64,000 nt of DNA from Leucoraja ocellata (GCA_036785375.1 JAWMAR010000118.1:5456001-5520000); one strand, 5' to 3'; positions 13,530-26,404 are shown, counted from the stretch's first letter. The notes: generated from the sequence alone by a model not told the origin. Translations and numbers: made by a program.

Positions 13530-13795
13530 GTACCATCTGAAAATGGGCTTTGTCCCACCCCGTCTCTTTTCCAGTTTTCTCCCTCCCTTCCACAATCAGT
13601 CTGAAGAAGGGCCATGACCCGAAGCATCACCTATCCATGTCCTCCAGCGATCGGTCTGAAGAAGGGTCTCAACCCTTCACCCATTCCTTTTCTCCAGAGA
13701 TGCTGCCTGGCCCACTGAGTTACTCCAGCATTTTGTGTCTATCCTCCAGAGATATTGCCTGACTTGCTGAGTCACCCCAGCAGTTTGTGCTTTGA
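13530..13795 (+). mobile_element. Nested pair of Penelope-derived elements
   Basis: CTGAAGAAGGG cores at 13601 and 13656; the second copy sits inside the first with tcctccag on both sides. Confidence 0.75.
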
Positions 13796-14691
13796 TCTGA
13801 ATCCAGTAACAAGCTTTACCTCCTTTCTAGATTATATACAAACATTTTTAATGAGGTAAAGTGTTAAAGGTGTGGAACTAAAAGTGAGTTGTTTTTCTTT
13901 ACCATTAGGCCTACAGAATAGAAGCTTCAGAACGTGAGTGAAGCTATTGCTAACACAAGGCAGGGTCGCCATTTTCCTGCGGGAGAATCCCTGATTTCTT
14001 TGAAACATTATAAATCGCACTAAATAATTACATAATTATTTTATGGTCATTCTAGATGAAAAATATGTAAATTTCCTTGTCATGGTCTGCTACAGAAATA
14101 AATCTTTGAACTTATTAACTTATACTATGATATGAGGAACATGACTGATCTCACCAACTAAATTTATGTAGAAAAATGATTCTACTAAAATGATTGTGCT
14201 AAGTAGTTTAAATTGCACTAATAAACTATTAACCAGATAATTCAGAGAGGATTTTTTTCCTTAAATGTGTAATAGCATGTAATACATTTTCATTTTTCAA
14301 ATTTGGTTTTCTGTTTTTATTTTCAAATTAATTTGGGATGAATAAGGCAATGGCATTACCATTATTGGTTTATTTAATTATTTCAGCACAATAATTTGTT
14401 TGAGTTAAGAATGTAAATAAATTTATGTAACATTTAAAGATGCAATGATTGCAGCTTTTTTTAGATGGATGAAACTATAATATATTTTATGCCCAATGTT
14501 TTCTTTGGAAATTGCAAATATAAAGTATTCTGTTGCAGACATCAATCTATTAAAACAAAATACTGACTGGCATTTTATAATCTTAGAAAATTTAAAGTAA
14601 AGAAGACGGCCATTTAATCCATCTCCATGCTACTCTAAAAATAATTCCACTGACTAATCCCACCGTCCAGCAATAACAAAGCAGATCTCAG

Positions 14692-15077
14692 CTCACACCT
14701 CCGCTCAGTCCGTCTTAACATATCCGGTGGCCCAGCACTTCGACTACCCCTCCCATTCCCAATCTGACCTTTCTGTCCTGGGCCTCTTCCACTGTCAGAG
14801 TGAGGCCCAGCGCAAATTGGAGGAACAGCACTTCATATTTCGCTTGGGTAGTTTACACCCCAGCGGTATGAACGTTGGCTTCTCTAACTTCAGATAGCCC
14901 TTGCTTTCTCTCTCCTTCCCCTTCCCAGTTCTCCCATTAGTCTTACTGTCTCTGCCCACAGTCTATCTTTGTCCTGCCCCCTCCCCTGACATTAGTCTGA
15001 AGAAGGGTCTCGATCCGAAGCGTCGCCCATTCCTTCTCTCCATAGATGCTGTCTCACCCACTGAGTTACTCTAGCAT
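14692..15077 (+). mobile_element. Penelope-like element 3' fragment: GIY-YIG endonuclease C-terminus, 3' region and hammerhead motif
   Basis: HLRSVR at 14696, then 14724-14897 encodes PVAQHFDYPSHSQSDLSVLGLFHCQSEAQRKLEEQHFIFRLGSLHPSGMNVGFSNFR*, typical of PLE GIY-YIG ends; CTGAAGAAGGGTCTCGATCCGAAGCGTC at 14997. Confidence 0.85.
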
Positions 15078-15099
15078 GTAGTTGGAGGTTTCTGTCTAT

Positions 15100-15855
15100 C
15101 TCTATTTCAGGCAGTGAGTTCCAGATTCCAATCTCCATTGCTACCTGAGTGGAAATATTTTCCCTCATCTCCTTTCTCATTCTTTCATCGCTTAATTGAA
15201 ATCTATGCCCCCTTTTTGACCACCCTGCTAAGCTAAACATTTCCTCCTCATTCATTCTATCCAGTGCTGCTTTAATTGTAACCACCCCAAATTAGCCTTC
15301 TCTGGTCCACATAAGCCGCCCTAGCTTATCATAACTTTCCTCGGAGCTCATTTTTTTCAGTGCTGGCAACATCCTTATAAATCTCATCAGCATTCTCTCC
15401 AATGTAATCATATATTTCCTGTAGTGTAGGGATCAGACCCATTCATATTACTCAAGTTGCGCTCTGATTAGAATTATGTGCCACACTGGCATGATCAAAC
15501 TGCTCAAACATTCTATTCCTCAGAATTTCATTTGCTTTCTAATCACCTTCTTGACCTTATCACTTTCATTTTTAAAGATCTTTGGATGAACACTTTTCTA
15601 GATCACTCAATATCCTCCTTATTTATTCTTTCACATCACCACATACCTACACTACCTTACACTACTCTGAGTTAAATTATATTTGACATTTTTCTATCCA
15701 AATGACTGTACATTTTTGCCATCTGTCATTATCATTTTCAATCTTAGAGACAATTTCTGTATCTTCTGCAATCTTCATTATCATTGCTCCTATAGTTAGG
15801 TCCAAATCATTAACAGATATGGTAAAAAGCAAGGAACTGAGTACTGAGCATAGTT
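15100..15855 (-). mobile_element. Old decayed CR1 LINE (RT C-terminal region)
   Basis: Minus strand SVLSSLLFTISVNDLD (QGSVLGPLLF-like), KIAEDTEI (FADDTKL-like) and ...RGHRFQL...IWNSLP. Confidence 0.7.
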
Positions 15856-17246
15856 ATCAAAGGAATGCAAGTCCAAATCCTTTGGTTAAACATACTCTGG
15901 GAAGAATGTTGCTTCTCTGGAGTTGTTTTAGACTTTGTAGATTAAAGTTGCTGCAAGAAGGTAACTATTTTCTCTTAGATTTGCGAAATCACTTTCACCA
16001 TTGACAATCTCCTTTGTCTCTCTACCACTCAAAGTATTCCAACCCTATGCCAATTCTCACGTGGCATAATAGTTTCTGTTTTGCTGGTGCCTTGTCAAGT
16101 TTGATTCAGCAACACAAGAGCTTTAAATTAGCTGGGACGTTACCATGCAGGGTTCCTGTGCTGCCACAGATAGCTGTAGATCTGTTGAACCACTCGACGT
16201 ACACATTGATGATTACACTGAAAGAATAAGAAATTGCTAACGGCTGACACCTTTATTCATTCAGGTTCGCCCAGCTAAAAACAAGGGAAATTCCTTTCCT
16301 TTTTTGCTGCCTTATTGCTTGTCTTATTGTGTTGCTGCCAGCTTCCTGCCATGTGATTACAGCTTGGCTGTGGTGGGTAGTTCCTTTCAATTTTGATTCA
16401 AATGGCTTTTACAAGCGTGCCACTAATTTCAATACTTGCACCACTGTTTTCAGGAGACGGACCATTTATCAAGGCTATTATTGTGATTTTTAAACTGGTG
16501 GGGAAAATGCACATTTCATTGGAAAATATGTAAAATTGTTCTTAAGTTAAGTATAGGAAAATTCATTGCAATCAAAGGTGGTCATTAAAAAAAAAAAATC
16601 TTGCTGACAATAAATGCAAAAGTCTACAATCAATATAATTCATAAATATGCACTATATCAGTCACATATACAATTGGACAAACTTCAGTAGCCAAAGCCA
16701 AAGAAAGATAATAGTCAGCAAAATGTTGATTTTATTTGGCAGGTTTATTTGAAATTTGGTTTTTCAGAAAGCCACTAGCCAATAATGTATCTGCAGTTCA
16801 TCTCGGCAACATTTGTTTTGTATTAAGAGTATATAGTAAGTTATTTAAAATGACCTCCTTTCCTCATTGGCAAATTATACTTCAACCAGCAATACAAGGA
16901 TACAAGAATATATTAGAAACAAGAATATGTTTTTGTAGACAAATCAGCCACTTGGTTTGCGAGTCAGTTTTATTAGAGACTCGTCTCTCTAGCAGTTAGT
17001 AAACTTCAATATTGTTTCTTGAATTAAATCCAGTTTATTTACATCTAACTCTCACTTGGCTGCTGTTGTGGATCGCCAGGAAAGCAAACCACAACAGAAA
17101 ACAATCTCAATCTCAAGGCTAGTTATTAATTTGACTAGTATGCTTTGAAGGAAGATACAGGTTGAATTGAAGTCGAACCTACAGTGGAGTTAACAATAGT
17201 CATCTGACTATATACACTGACTCGCCTCAACTCTTTGAACACCGCC

Positions 17247-17552
17247 GGGCAGTACAGCGGTAGAGTTGCTGCCTTACAACGCTTGCAGCGCCAGAGATAC
17301 AGGTTCGATCCCCACTACGGGTGCAGTCTGTATGGAGTTTGTACATTCTCCCCGTGACCGAGTGGGTTTTCTCCGAGATCGATTTCCTCCCACACTCCAA
17401 AACCATGCAGGTTTGCAGATTAATTGGCTTGGGTTTGTATACTTGGTGTAAGTGTAAATTGTCCCTAGTAGCACGATGAGCGGGGATTGCTGGTCGGCAC
17501 GGACTCAGTGGGCCGAAAGGCCTGTTTCTGTGCCTAAACTAAATAAACTAAA
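17247..17552 (+). mobile_element. HE1-like V-SINE
   Basis: A-box/B-box-like head (cagcggtagag...ggttcgatccc), V-domain, gggccgaaaggcctg tail, (taaac)n. Confidence 0.85.
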
Positions 17553-18516
17553 CGTGTCACTTTTGAGCTGCAATGGACAAACTATTTAGTCAATAAATAT
17601 ATTTGATAGTTTATAAAACTGGCAGGCAGATTTTCTTCATTTGATATTCAATTTTGAACTGAACAGTTATTTTAATGTACAATTTTATCCCAGATTTTAG
17701 GTAATTGGATTAATCACTGAGGAAGTTATTTTCTTGAGAGCTTGGGATAAAATTGGCTCCAAGTCATTTTAGAGCTATTGACAGTACAACACTGTTCAGC
17801 CAAATGGAGTTGTTCTTGGAACATAGTAAGTGGGTCTTTGTTTTTTTACGCTTGCTCTAGAATTGTAGGAGCCAAGTGAGGTGTTACAAGCTACAAAGTT
17901 CCAGCATGGAAGTAATAAGTAAGATTACGTCCTAGTGTTAAGAATTGTCACCGTAACAGCGCATGTAGAATGGTGGATCTGGAACTCCGATTGACCAAGA
18001 AAAGAAGCACAGACGAACTGGCAACGTGCTCTTTGCTGTCGTTCAATATATTAGAAACCTGCACCTGCAGGACTTGTAATCTTCCACCGACATCACCAGT
18101 TCACCATGACTGCATTTTAGTATGCCCTTGAATTAGTTGGAATTTCTCCAAAACGTTTAGTGTTAGCACCACTTACTTCCTAAAGGGTGATTATCAGAAG
18201 GAAAATTATCGAGCATCCTGACAAGTCATTTCATCTCCACTGCTTGTCCTCTGATTTTACTTTCATTCACATATATCCCGTGATTCCGACATTAATTTAT
18301 GCTGTCGTCAGTTGGTTTGTGTTTTTCTATCTTGCTCAATCTAAGTTCTAGATCTGCCATCCTAGATAATCTGTAATGTAGATTCTCATTTCATTGAAAT
18401 TAATTCTTAATAAACAACAAAATGATCAATTCTTAGTTATTAATTCTTAGTTAAATTCTTAGTTATTATTTTGTATGCTAGAAATTAGTAGCTCCTAATT
18501 CTTGCTTGGCAATACT

Positions 18517-18689
18517 GCTGTAATTTCTACATAGTGAAACCAAAATGTATAAAAATGGCCTTTATTTAAAATCTAACAATGTGCAATTTAACCACATGTG
18601 ATTATTTCTATTACACATCTCAAATTGTGGAGTACAGAGGCAAATAAATAAATGATTGGTCTGTGTCCCAAACATTATGGAGGGCACTG
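18517..18689. mobile_element. Solo terminal inverted repeat of the Tc1 family found at 22929-24520
   Basis: Aligns with 24349-24520 and ends cccaaacattatggagggcactg followed by TA (18690-18691). Confidence 0.85.
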
Positions 18690-18691
18690 TA

Positions 18692-18850
18692 TGATTGTGG
18701 CATTCAAGAGGTTTTTAAATAGGCACATGTATGTGTAGGAAATGGGGGGATATGGATCATGCCCAGGCAGAGGGGATTAGCTTAACTGACATCATGTTCG
18801 GCACAAACTATGTTGGCTGAAGGGCCTGATCCTGTGCTGTCCCTTGTTCT
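18692..18850 (+). mobile_element. CR1-type LINE 3' tail
   Basis: gcattcaagaggtttttaaataggcacatg...gggatatggatcatg...ggctgaagggcctgatcctgtgctgt. Confidence 0.7.
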
Positions 18851-19064
18851 TTAAGGCATAACTTGGGAAATTATGAACTTGTTGGTGTCCAGTTACATTT
18901 TTTAATAGAAGACGTGTTTACATAAAAGCCATAACAATCCTTTGAGATCATCAATGTTTTTTTCTTCAATTTGCCTTGCAAAAGGTTCTGTTCTTGTAGG
19001 AAGTTTGAGGTCTTATCAAATTAGAAGCATACTGTAAATGGCTCAACAATGAAGATAAGTTTTG

Positions 19065-19712
19065 CTATTAGAGAAGGTGCAAAAAAGATTCACAAAGATG
19101 TTACCAAAATGTGAGTGCTTGAGTTATAAGGAGAGACAAGATAGGTCGGGACTTTTTTCTGGAGACCATGGGGCTGAGGGGTGACCTTATAGAGCTGTAC
19201 AAAATAAAATCATAAGATGGATTGTCACAGTCCTCTTTCTCAGGCAAGGAAGTCTAAAACTAGAGGACATATGTTTAATGTGAGTGGGAAAATATTTAAA
19301 GGAAATCTTACAGGCTAGTTTTTCATGCAGAGAGTAGTTTGTATACGGAATGAGCTCGTCAGAAGAAATGTTAGAGAAGCAGTTGCGATCACAACGTTTT
19401 AAAACATTTTAAGGCATATGGATAGAAGGGACCAAGTGCTAGAGTAACACAATAGGTTAGGCAGCATCTGTGGGGAGAGTTAGAGAGAGATAGTTAGAAA
19501 GAGAGAGTTAGATAGAGAGAGAGTTAGAGTTAGAGAGAGAGAGTTAGAGGAACCCCTGTAGGATGACATTTTGGATCGGGACCTTTCTTCAGATTTTGAG
19601 CGATATGGGCCAAATGCAAGTAGATGGGACTCACTCAGGGAGTTACGTTGGTCGACAAGGATGAGCTAAACTGTGGGGGCTATTTCCATTCTGTGTAACT
19701 CTATGACTCTGA
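19065..19712 (+). mobile_element. Decayed CR1 3' fragment containing a minus-strand Penelope-derived insert and a (GA/GAGTTA)n microsatellite (19475-19550)
   Basis: EKVQKRFTKMLP...LSYKER...LRGDLIELYKI-type translation; tail ctctatgactct; insert at ~19425-19595. Confidence 0.75.
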
Positions 19713-20361
19713 TGCTTAGTTCTTGAACACTGAAAATATTCAACTCAATACCTCACGAAGAGTTTATGTGCAAATTTCTAAATTTCCTTTTGAAACAAAA
19801 CATTTGACAGCAAAGACTGGTGTAAATGCAACTCTCGTTCTATATTAGTGATAAAGGCTACAGCTGGTAAATATGGTTTTAAAATAAATCAAGATTGAGA
19901 TTTAAGTAAATATGGTTTCAAAATTACTTATTAGAGGGGAGTGAAAGGAAATGTCTCATTTCAGATTGATTTATGGAAGTTTTCAGAAAGGTACTGGATA
20001 GATTTTTGTTGCAGATAAATTGCCAATTTCTAGACAAGATAGTGGTGTAACAGAGTATAGTCTTCCACATGAACTAATTGGAGGACAAGAATGAATTGCT
20101 ACATGAGCTGAATCAATAAACTGACTATGAACTGAATGATTATTTCTGGTTATGAAGATTTATGTACCATAAAGCTCCCCAATGCTAACAGCTGCGTAGT
20201 TATCACAGAATACATTGCATCTCAACTTCTCACCTGAAAACAAATTAGACTTGTTTCTGCGATATTGCTTGCATTGTTTGGTTATCACCGCACTGCACAG
20301 AATTCTGTGTTTTACATTCTTCCTTCAACACAGTCCCCTCGTTATTGGTCATCTCAAATAT

Positions 20362-20985
20362 TAAACCAGAAATACAGCGCAGAAACAGGTCCTTCAGCCC
20401 ACCGAGTCCGTGCCGACCAGTGATCACCCTGCACACTAGCACTATCCTACGCACTAGGGACAATTTACAAATGTTATCAAAGCCAACAAAGCGTTAGGGA
20501 AGTCCAGGACAAGGGGTCACAGCTTAAGGATAAAGGGGAAATCCTTTAAAACCGAGATGAGAAGAACTTTTTTCACGCAGAGAGTGGTGAATCTCTGGAA
20601 CTCTCTGCCACAGAGGGTAGTTGAGGCCAGTTCATTGGCTATATTTAAGAGGGAGTTAGATGTGGCCCTTGTGGCTAAGGGGATCAGGGGGTATGGAGAG
20701 AAGGCAGGTACGGGATACTGAGTTGGATGATCAGCCATGATCATATTGAATGGCGGTGCAGGCTCGAAGGGCCGAATGGCCTACTCCTGCACCTAATTTC
20801 TATGTTTCTATGTTTAACCTACAAGCATGTACTTCTCTTGAGTGTGAGAGGAAACCGGGGCATCCGGGGAAATCACAGGCAGTCACAGAGGGAACATACA
20901 AACTCTGTACAGCCAGCACCCATAGTCGGGATCAGAACTCTGGCACTGTATAGCAGAAACTCTACCGCTGCGGCACTGTGCCACC
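20362..20985 (-). mobile_element. HE1-like V-SINE split by a CR1 insertion
   Basis: 20362-20490 and 20815-20985 join into the reverse complement of the SINE consensus. Confidence 0.8.
20493..20814 (+). mobile_element. Young CR1/HER1-like LINE 3' fragment
   Basis: GKSRTRGHSLRIKGKSFKTEMRRTFFTQRVVNLWNSLPQRVVEASSLAIFKRELDVAL, then the tail ending ctatgtttctatgt. Confidence 0.9.
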
Positions 20986-21199
20986 CCCATTGTAGGGGCT
21001 ATATTACAGAAACGTTTATTCACAGGCAAAGCAAGTGAACAGCTTTAGACTGATGATTCTCACCAGATTTCCTCACATGGCTAGAGAATCCTAATTGAGA
21101 ATAAATATTGCAATACGTTTTTTAACTTACCTGTCCCTATACTATCATCTTAAGTATATTGTCATTGTAGCATCGATCCAGTGTAATAATCATAAACAT

Positions 21200-21512
21200 T
21201 TTAGATGTTACTGGCATCCATCTCTGTGGCATCTTCCAGTCCGACAAATCTTTTCTCCTTAAATTTTGCTTTCTCATGTATTTGTGTTTAATTGCTCCAC
21301 TATGGGCAGCAGAGCTATTTGCTGTCAAGACCCTAATTTAGGAATTGCCTCCCAGAGAATCAGTGGTCCTGCCTTTTAAAAGTACAACCTTATTAACCAA
21401 GCTTTTGATCATCAGTCCTAACGTCAATTTTATGGCTTGATGTTCAATTTTGTCATAATTTTCCTATGGGGTATTTTGGGACATTTAACTGTGTTGAAGA
21501 TGCTATGTAAAT
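21200..21512 (+). mobile_element. Old L2-type LINE 3' end
   Basis: Ends ttgggacatttaactgtgttgaagatgctatgtaaata, resembling the L2/Deu-SINE 3' tail. Confidence 0.5.
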
Positions 21513-22928
21513 AACGCATACACCATTGGCAAGAGTATGTGTTTTACTGTATACTTACTTGTAAAGACCATATCCTCTCCCACTAATTCAATTTTCTTAT
21601 TATTTTGAGTGAGAACTATGGAAAGGAAATTCAGTACATGATAGGGTTAAATTAATTCAGATTAATGCCCTAGCTACCAGCCACATTTATTGCAGTTGTT
21701 GTGGTTCAAGGGCTGACTAAAGCAGTTGTTGAACAGTTGTTTTTCACTCTAGAGCTTTCCCACTGTCTTTAATTTGTTAAAATCATCAAGAGCTGGCTGT
21801 TTGTGGTTCTCCTCATAAATTCTGTACATCCTCTTGTTAGCAAAGTGTTGTGTACACTAAATACAAAAGTGCCTTGTGTCTTGGGCATAAATTACCTCTG
21901 TGCGTTACTGTCTCTGAATGGGCTCCCCAGTTATGGATTACTTTGTTCTAGACTTGACAGGAACATAATTAGAGCTGTTGATGAAATCTACAAAATTGTT
22001 CCTCAGCGGCTTCAATGGTTCAGAAATTCAGCACAGCTATATTTGTCAGCACCAAAGGGCTCTAAACAATTTATATTAACTATATTATTATGTACGAGTC
22101 ATTATTCTTGGCTAATATTCTTTGCATTTTCTTGCCAGCGCACTTGATCTATTTGTTCACATGTAGTTTTTCAGTTTGTAATTTTTATCATGTAGACGAG
22201 GGCTATGCAGATGGATCGATAATGCTGATGGTTCATTTGTCTAAGTGATGCATTTTCTTCGGATATCTCTCAGGCATGCATTCTTGTTTTCTTTTGTTTC
22301 AGTCATTATAGAATTAGCATTTTTTCTTTAGCAGATAAAGATTTCCCTGATCAAACCCACTTTTGAATTCATACTGTCACAATAGAAACAGCAATATAAT
22401 AGAAATCCATTTTTCAAAAGGCATATAATCCTCAAGCCTTTCAGAACGGAATTTCTCATGGACAGCATCTATCTTGTAATGTACAGTTTGAAACACTTTT
22501 TTAAAATAAATATCTTAACGTATGTAGAACAGGAAGGGATTATCTAAATTACTGGCCAATGCTCTGCTTATTAATCTCAAGTGGCTATGTAGCATGGTGC
22601 TTCCGAAACAGTAAGATCTGCAGTACCTACTGGGTGCTAGGGTTGCATGTGCCCACTTTGACGTTTGAATTTTTTGTTGGGTGCTTATAAATTCTTGGAT
22701 GCAATCAGTGGTTGCCATTTCAGTGGGGGGAAGGTAAAGAAGTTCTGGTATGTTCCATTAATTTGTTTGAACGTGGCAGAGCTAAAATGGCCTTCATTGA
22801 AATATGCAGAGACAGCTGAGCTGTGGATCAAAGAGGCTTGGGCACAATTTGGTATGCAGCAAAATGAATTTTGTTACTGCCCTGCATTTAAATGAGCTTC
22901 ACCGCACAAATGGCTGTTTCCCAATGTA

Positions 22929-24520
22929 CAGTGCCCTCCATAATGTTTGGGACAAAGACCCATCATTTATTCATTTCCACAATTTTAGATTTGTAATAGA
23001 AAAAAAATCACATGTGGTTAAAGTGCACATTGTCAGATTTTATTAAAGGCCATTTTTATACATTTTGGTTTCACCATGTAGAAATTACAGCTGTGTTTAT
23101 ACAAAGTTCCCCTTTCAGGGCTCCATAATGTTTGGGACACATGGCTTCACAGGCGTTTGTAATTGCTCTGGAGCGTTTAATTGCCTCCTTAATGCAGGTA
23201 TAAAAGAGCTCTCAGCACCTAGTCTTTCCTCCAGTCTTTCCATCACATTTGGTAGCTTTTATTGCTGTTTATCAACATGAGGACCAAAGTTGTGCCAATG
23301 AAAGTCAAAGAAGCCATTATGAGACAGAGAAACAAGAATAAAACTGCTAGAGACATCAACCAAACATTGGGCTTACCAAAATCAACTGTTTGGAACATCA
23401 ATGAGAAGCGTACTAATCGCAAAGGGACTGGCAGGCCAAGGAAAACCTCCACAGCTGATGACAGAAGAATTCTCTCTATAAAAAAGAAAAATCCTCAAAC
23501 ACCTGTCCGACAGATCAGAAACACTCTTCAGGAGTCAGGTGTGGATTTGTCAATAACCACTGTCCGCTGAAGACTTCATGAACAGAAATACAGAGGCTAC
23601 ACTGCAAGATGCAAACCACTGGTTAACTACAAAAATAGGATGGCCACGTTACTGTTTGCCAAGAAGTACTTAAAAGAGCAAGCACAGTTCAGGTAAAACG
23701 TCTTGTGGACAGATGAGACGAAGATTAACATATCAGAGTGATGGCAAGGGCAAAGTATGGAGGAGAGAAGGAACTGCCCAAGATCCAAAGCATACCACCT
23801 CATCTGTGAAACACAGTGGTGGGGGTGTTATGGCCTGGGCATGTATGGCTGCTGAAGGTATTGGCTCATATGGTAGTAGCATAATGAATTCTGAAGTGCA
23901 TAGACACATTCTATCTGTTCGTTCAAACAAATGCCTCAAAATGCATTGGCCGGCGGTTCATTCTACAGCAAGACAATGATCCCAAACATACTGCTAAAGC
24001 AGCAAAGGAGTTTTTCAAAGCTAAAATATAGTCAATTCTTGAGTGACCAAGGCAATCACCCGATCTGAACCCAATTGAGCACACCTTTTGTATGCTGAAG
24101 AGAAAACTGAAGGGGACTAGTCCCCAAAACAAGCTTAAGCTAAAGATGGCTGCAATACAGGCCTGGCAGAGCATCACCAGAGAAGACTCCCAGCAACTGG
24201 GGATGTCTATGCATCGCAGACTTCAAGCAGTCATTGCATGCAAAGGATATGCAAAAAAATACTAAACATGACTACTTTAATTTACATGACATTGCTGTTT
24301 CCCCAAACATTATGGTGCCCTGAAATGGGGGGACTATGTATAAACACAGCTGTAATTTCGACATGGTTAAACCAAAATGTATAAAAATGGCCTTTATTAA
24401 AATCTGACAATGTGCACTTTAACCACATATGATGTTTTCCATCACAAATCTCAAATTGTGGAATACAGAGGCAAATAAATAAATTATGGGTCTTTGTCCC
24501 AAACATTATGGAGTGCACTG
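22929..24520 (+). mobile_element. Full-length decayed Tc1/mariner transposon, IR/DR type
   Basis: TA|CAGTGCCCTCCATAATGTTTGGGAC ... GTCCCAAACATTATGGAGTGCACTG; ~210-bp TIRs, each with an inner repeat (ctccataatgtttgggac near 23121; cccaaacattatgg near 24302). Confidence 0.95.
23277..24264 (+). pseudogene. Tc1 DD34E transposase with stops and frameshifts
   Basis: GRPRKT, VLWTDETK, VKHSGGGVMAWACM, QQDNDPKH and E*PRQSPDLNPIEH motifs; 34 residues between the second D and the E. Confidence 0.92.
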
Positions 24521-26404
24521 TGTGTGCATTGTGTAAATGCAGTTGTTACCATGTAAGGTATAAACCTTCCAAAAGTGAAAACAAACATGAAATCCGACCA
24601 CAAGAATTTTAAGTGAATCATTACCAGGACACCTGGGAGACGGCTCTCTACATTATACATTAGATATTTAACTTTAATAAACTGTAAGTAAATGAACAGA
24701 ATTAGGAATTCAAATTTGACCTGTTAATTTTGCCACTGTACCCTTTATGTAATATTGCAATTATTTGTTAATCTGTTTCAATTTTAAAGAATCTGAGAAT
24801 TTTCCATTATTTTCTGTAGCAGCAGTTGAGCTGATTGTGTCCTGATTTAACCAGAAAGGATTAAAGGTGCAACAGCACAGTGAATGATCTAGCTCAATAG
24901 CAGACAATATCCTGGCAAACATCTGTACCTGATATTGATATTCAATATGTTGTTTTTCCCCGAAGTGAAAACGGATGGGGACCAAATGTTATTTTAGATT
25001 TTGAATTCACTGACAAACATAATGTTTCAATATATTATTTTGTTTAAGACACTGCATTGTGGTCCCTTCATTTCAGCTGGAGAAAAAAAATGCTAACCTT
25101 GTCATATTGGATGCGATGGTGCGGAAATGATAACTGTATGTTTTAGAAAGACATCTTATTTAAATCCTGAATACAGGCATGCCTCATATTCATTGCTCAA
25201 CAGCTCCTGAAAAAATGCATATGGATTAGGAGGATGAATATTCCATTATTTCAGTATATTGAGCTGATCTTCTTATTGGGACTTTATGTTAAAACAAAAT
25301 CTGCAAGGAATTTAGCCTTTCAATCTTAGACAGTAATTTTGACTGTGTCTAAAGCACTTGATATTGTATTATTTGCGTGCTGGGGCATCTTATTGTGCCT
25401 GAATTTGCACTTGTTAACTTTCTTTAAAACACTACTTCAATATTTCTCGATATTAAAGATGTCAGTTATTACCAAAAGTAAATAAAAATGCAGAATGGAA
25501 GGAAATGTAATATTGAACCTTTCTTTAGTGTTAATCCTTATTGAGTAATCACAAAAGATGATTAAGTATTGTGTAGTTCCCACATTGGTGTTTTTCTGTA
25601 GCCTTTAAGCCCATTTGTCTTGTGGTTTAGAAAAAAAAAGTTAATCTTATTTGCTTTTAGACTTTGTGCGTGAGCATGGGTTGAAATATCTTTATTTGTA
25701 TTTTACGCACATATACATTCCTCGTGTTTATTATGCATTCCTGATCCATAGGTTATCTTGAGCAGGTCTGTGGCGATTAATTGATTATAATTGATTGAAA
25801 CATTTTAATCAACAGAAATTTAATCAATTAATTGACTTGTTATCGAGCAAGCTGGTGCAGATCCAGACCGGTACTGTCTGCTCATTTGTTTTTGGCTGTT
25901 CTGATACTATTCCTCAAAGGACTATTATATTTGTTACAATAAAACTCCAGGACAAATATAATTTTAGACCAAAGACTTCAGTTTATTAACAGCAAAAGGG
26001 ATCAGTAACCCGTCCATTAGTTTCAATACTGCTGATCCACTGCTAAGTTAATGCTTTTTTGCAACATTTGGTGTTTAAGAAGTTTTCTCCATATTATAAC
26101 ATCTAGTGCAATCTTCCTTAAATGTGGCAATTATCAAGAGTTTAATCACCAACAAAAAGCAGCGGGAACCACCTTAATGGTAAATGATACCATTGTTGAA
26201 ATTTAGGCCGAACTAGTTTCCTATTGACATTTTTATCAACCTCTACTTCAGTCCACTCCTTCTTTTCTTTGCTGCCATCTTCATGGCAACTGCCTTTGTC
26301 ATTCAGTTTTTTATTAACAAGGAAAGGATTTCATGATATTGCATGACCCCCCCCCCCCCCCCCCCCCCCATCAAACATTGTATTCAGATCTCTATCCTCT
26401 GATT

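Noticed and set aside
17247-17320. tRNA-like A and B boxes
   Set aside because: SINE heads, not tRNA genes; no complete cloverleaf and followed by the V-domain
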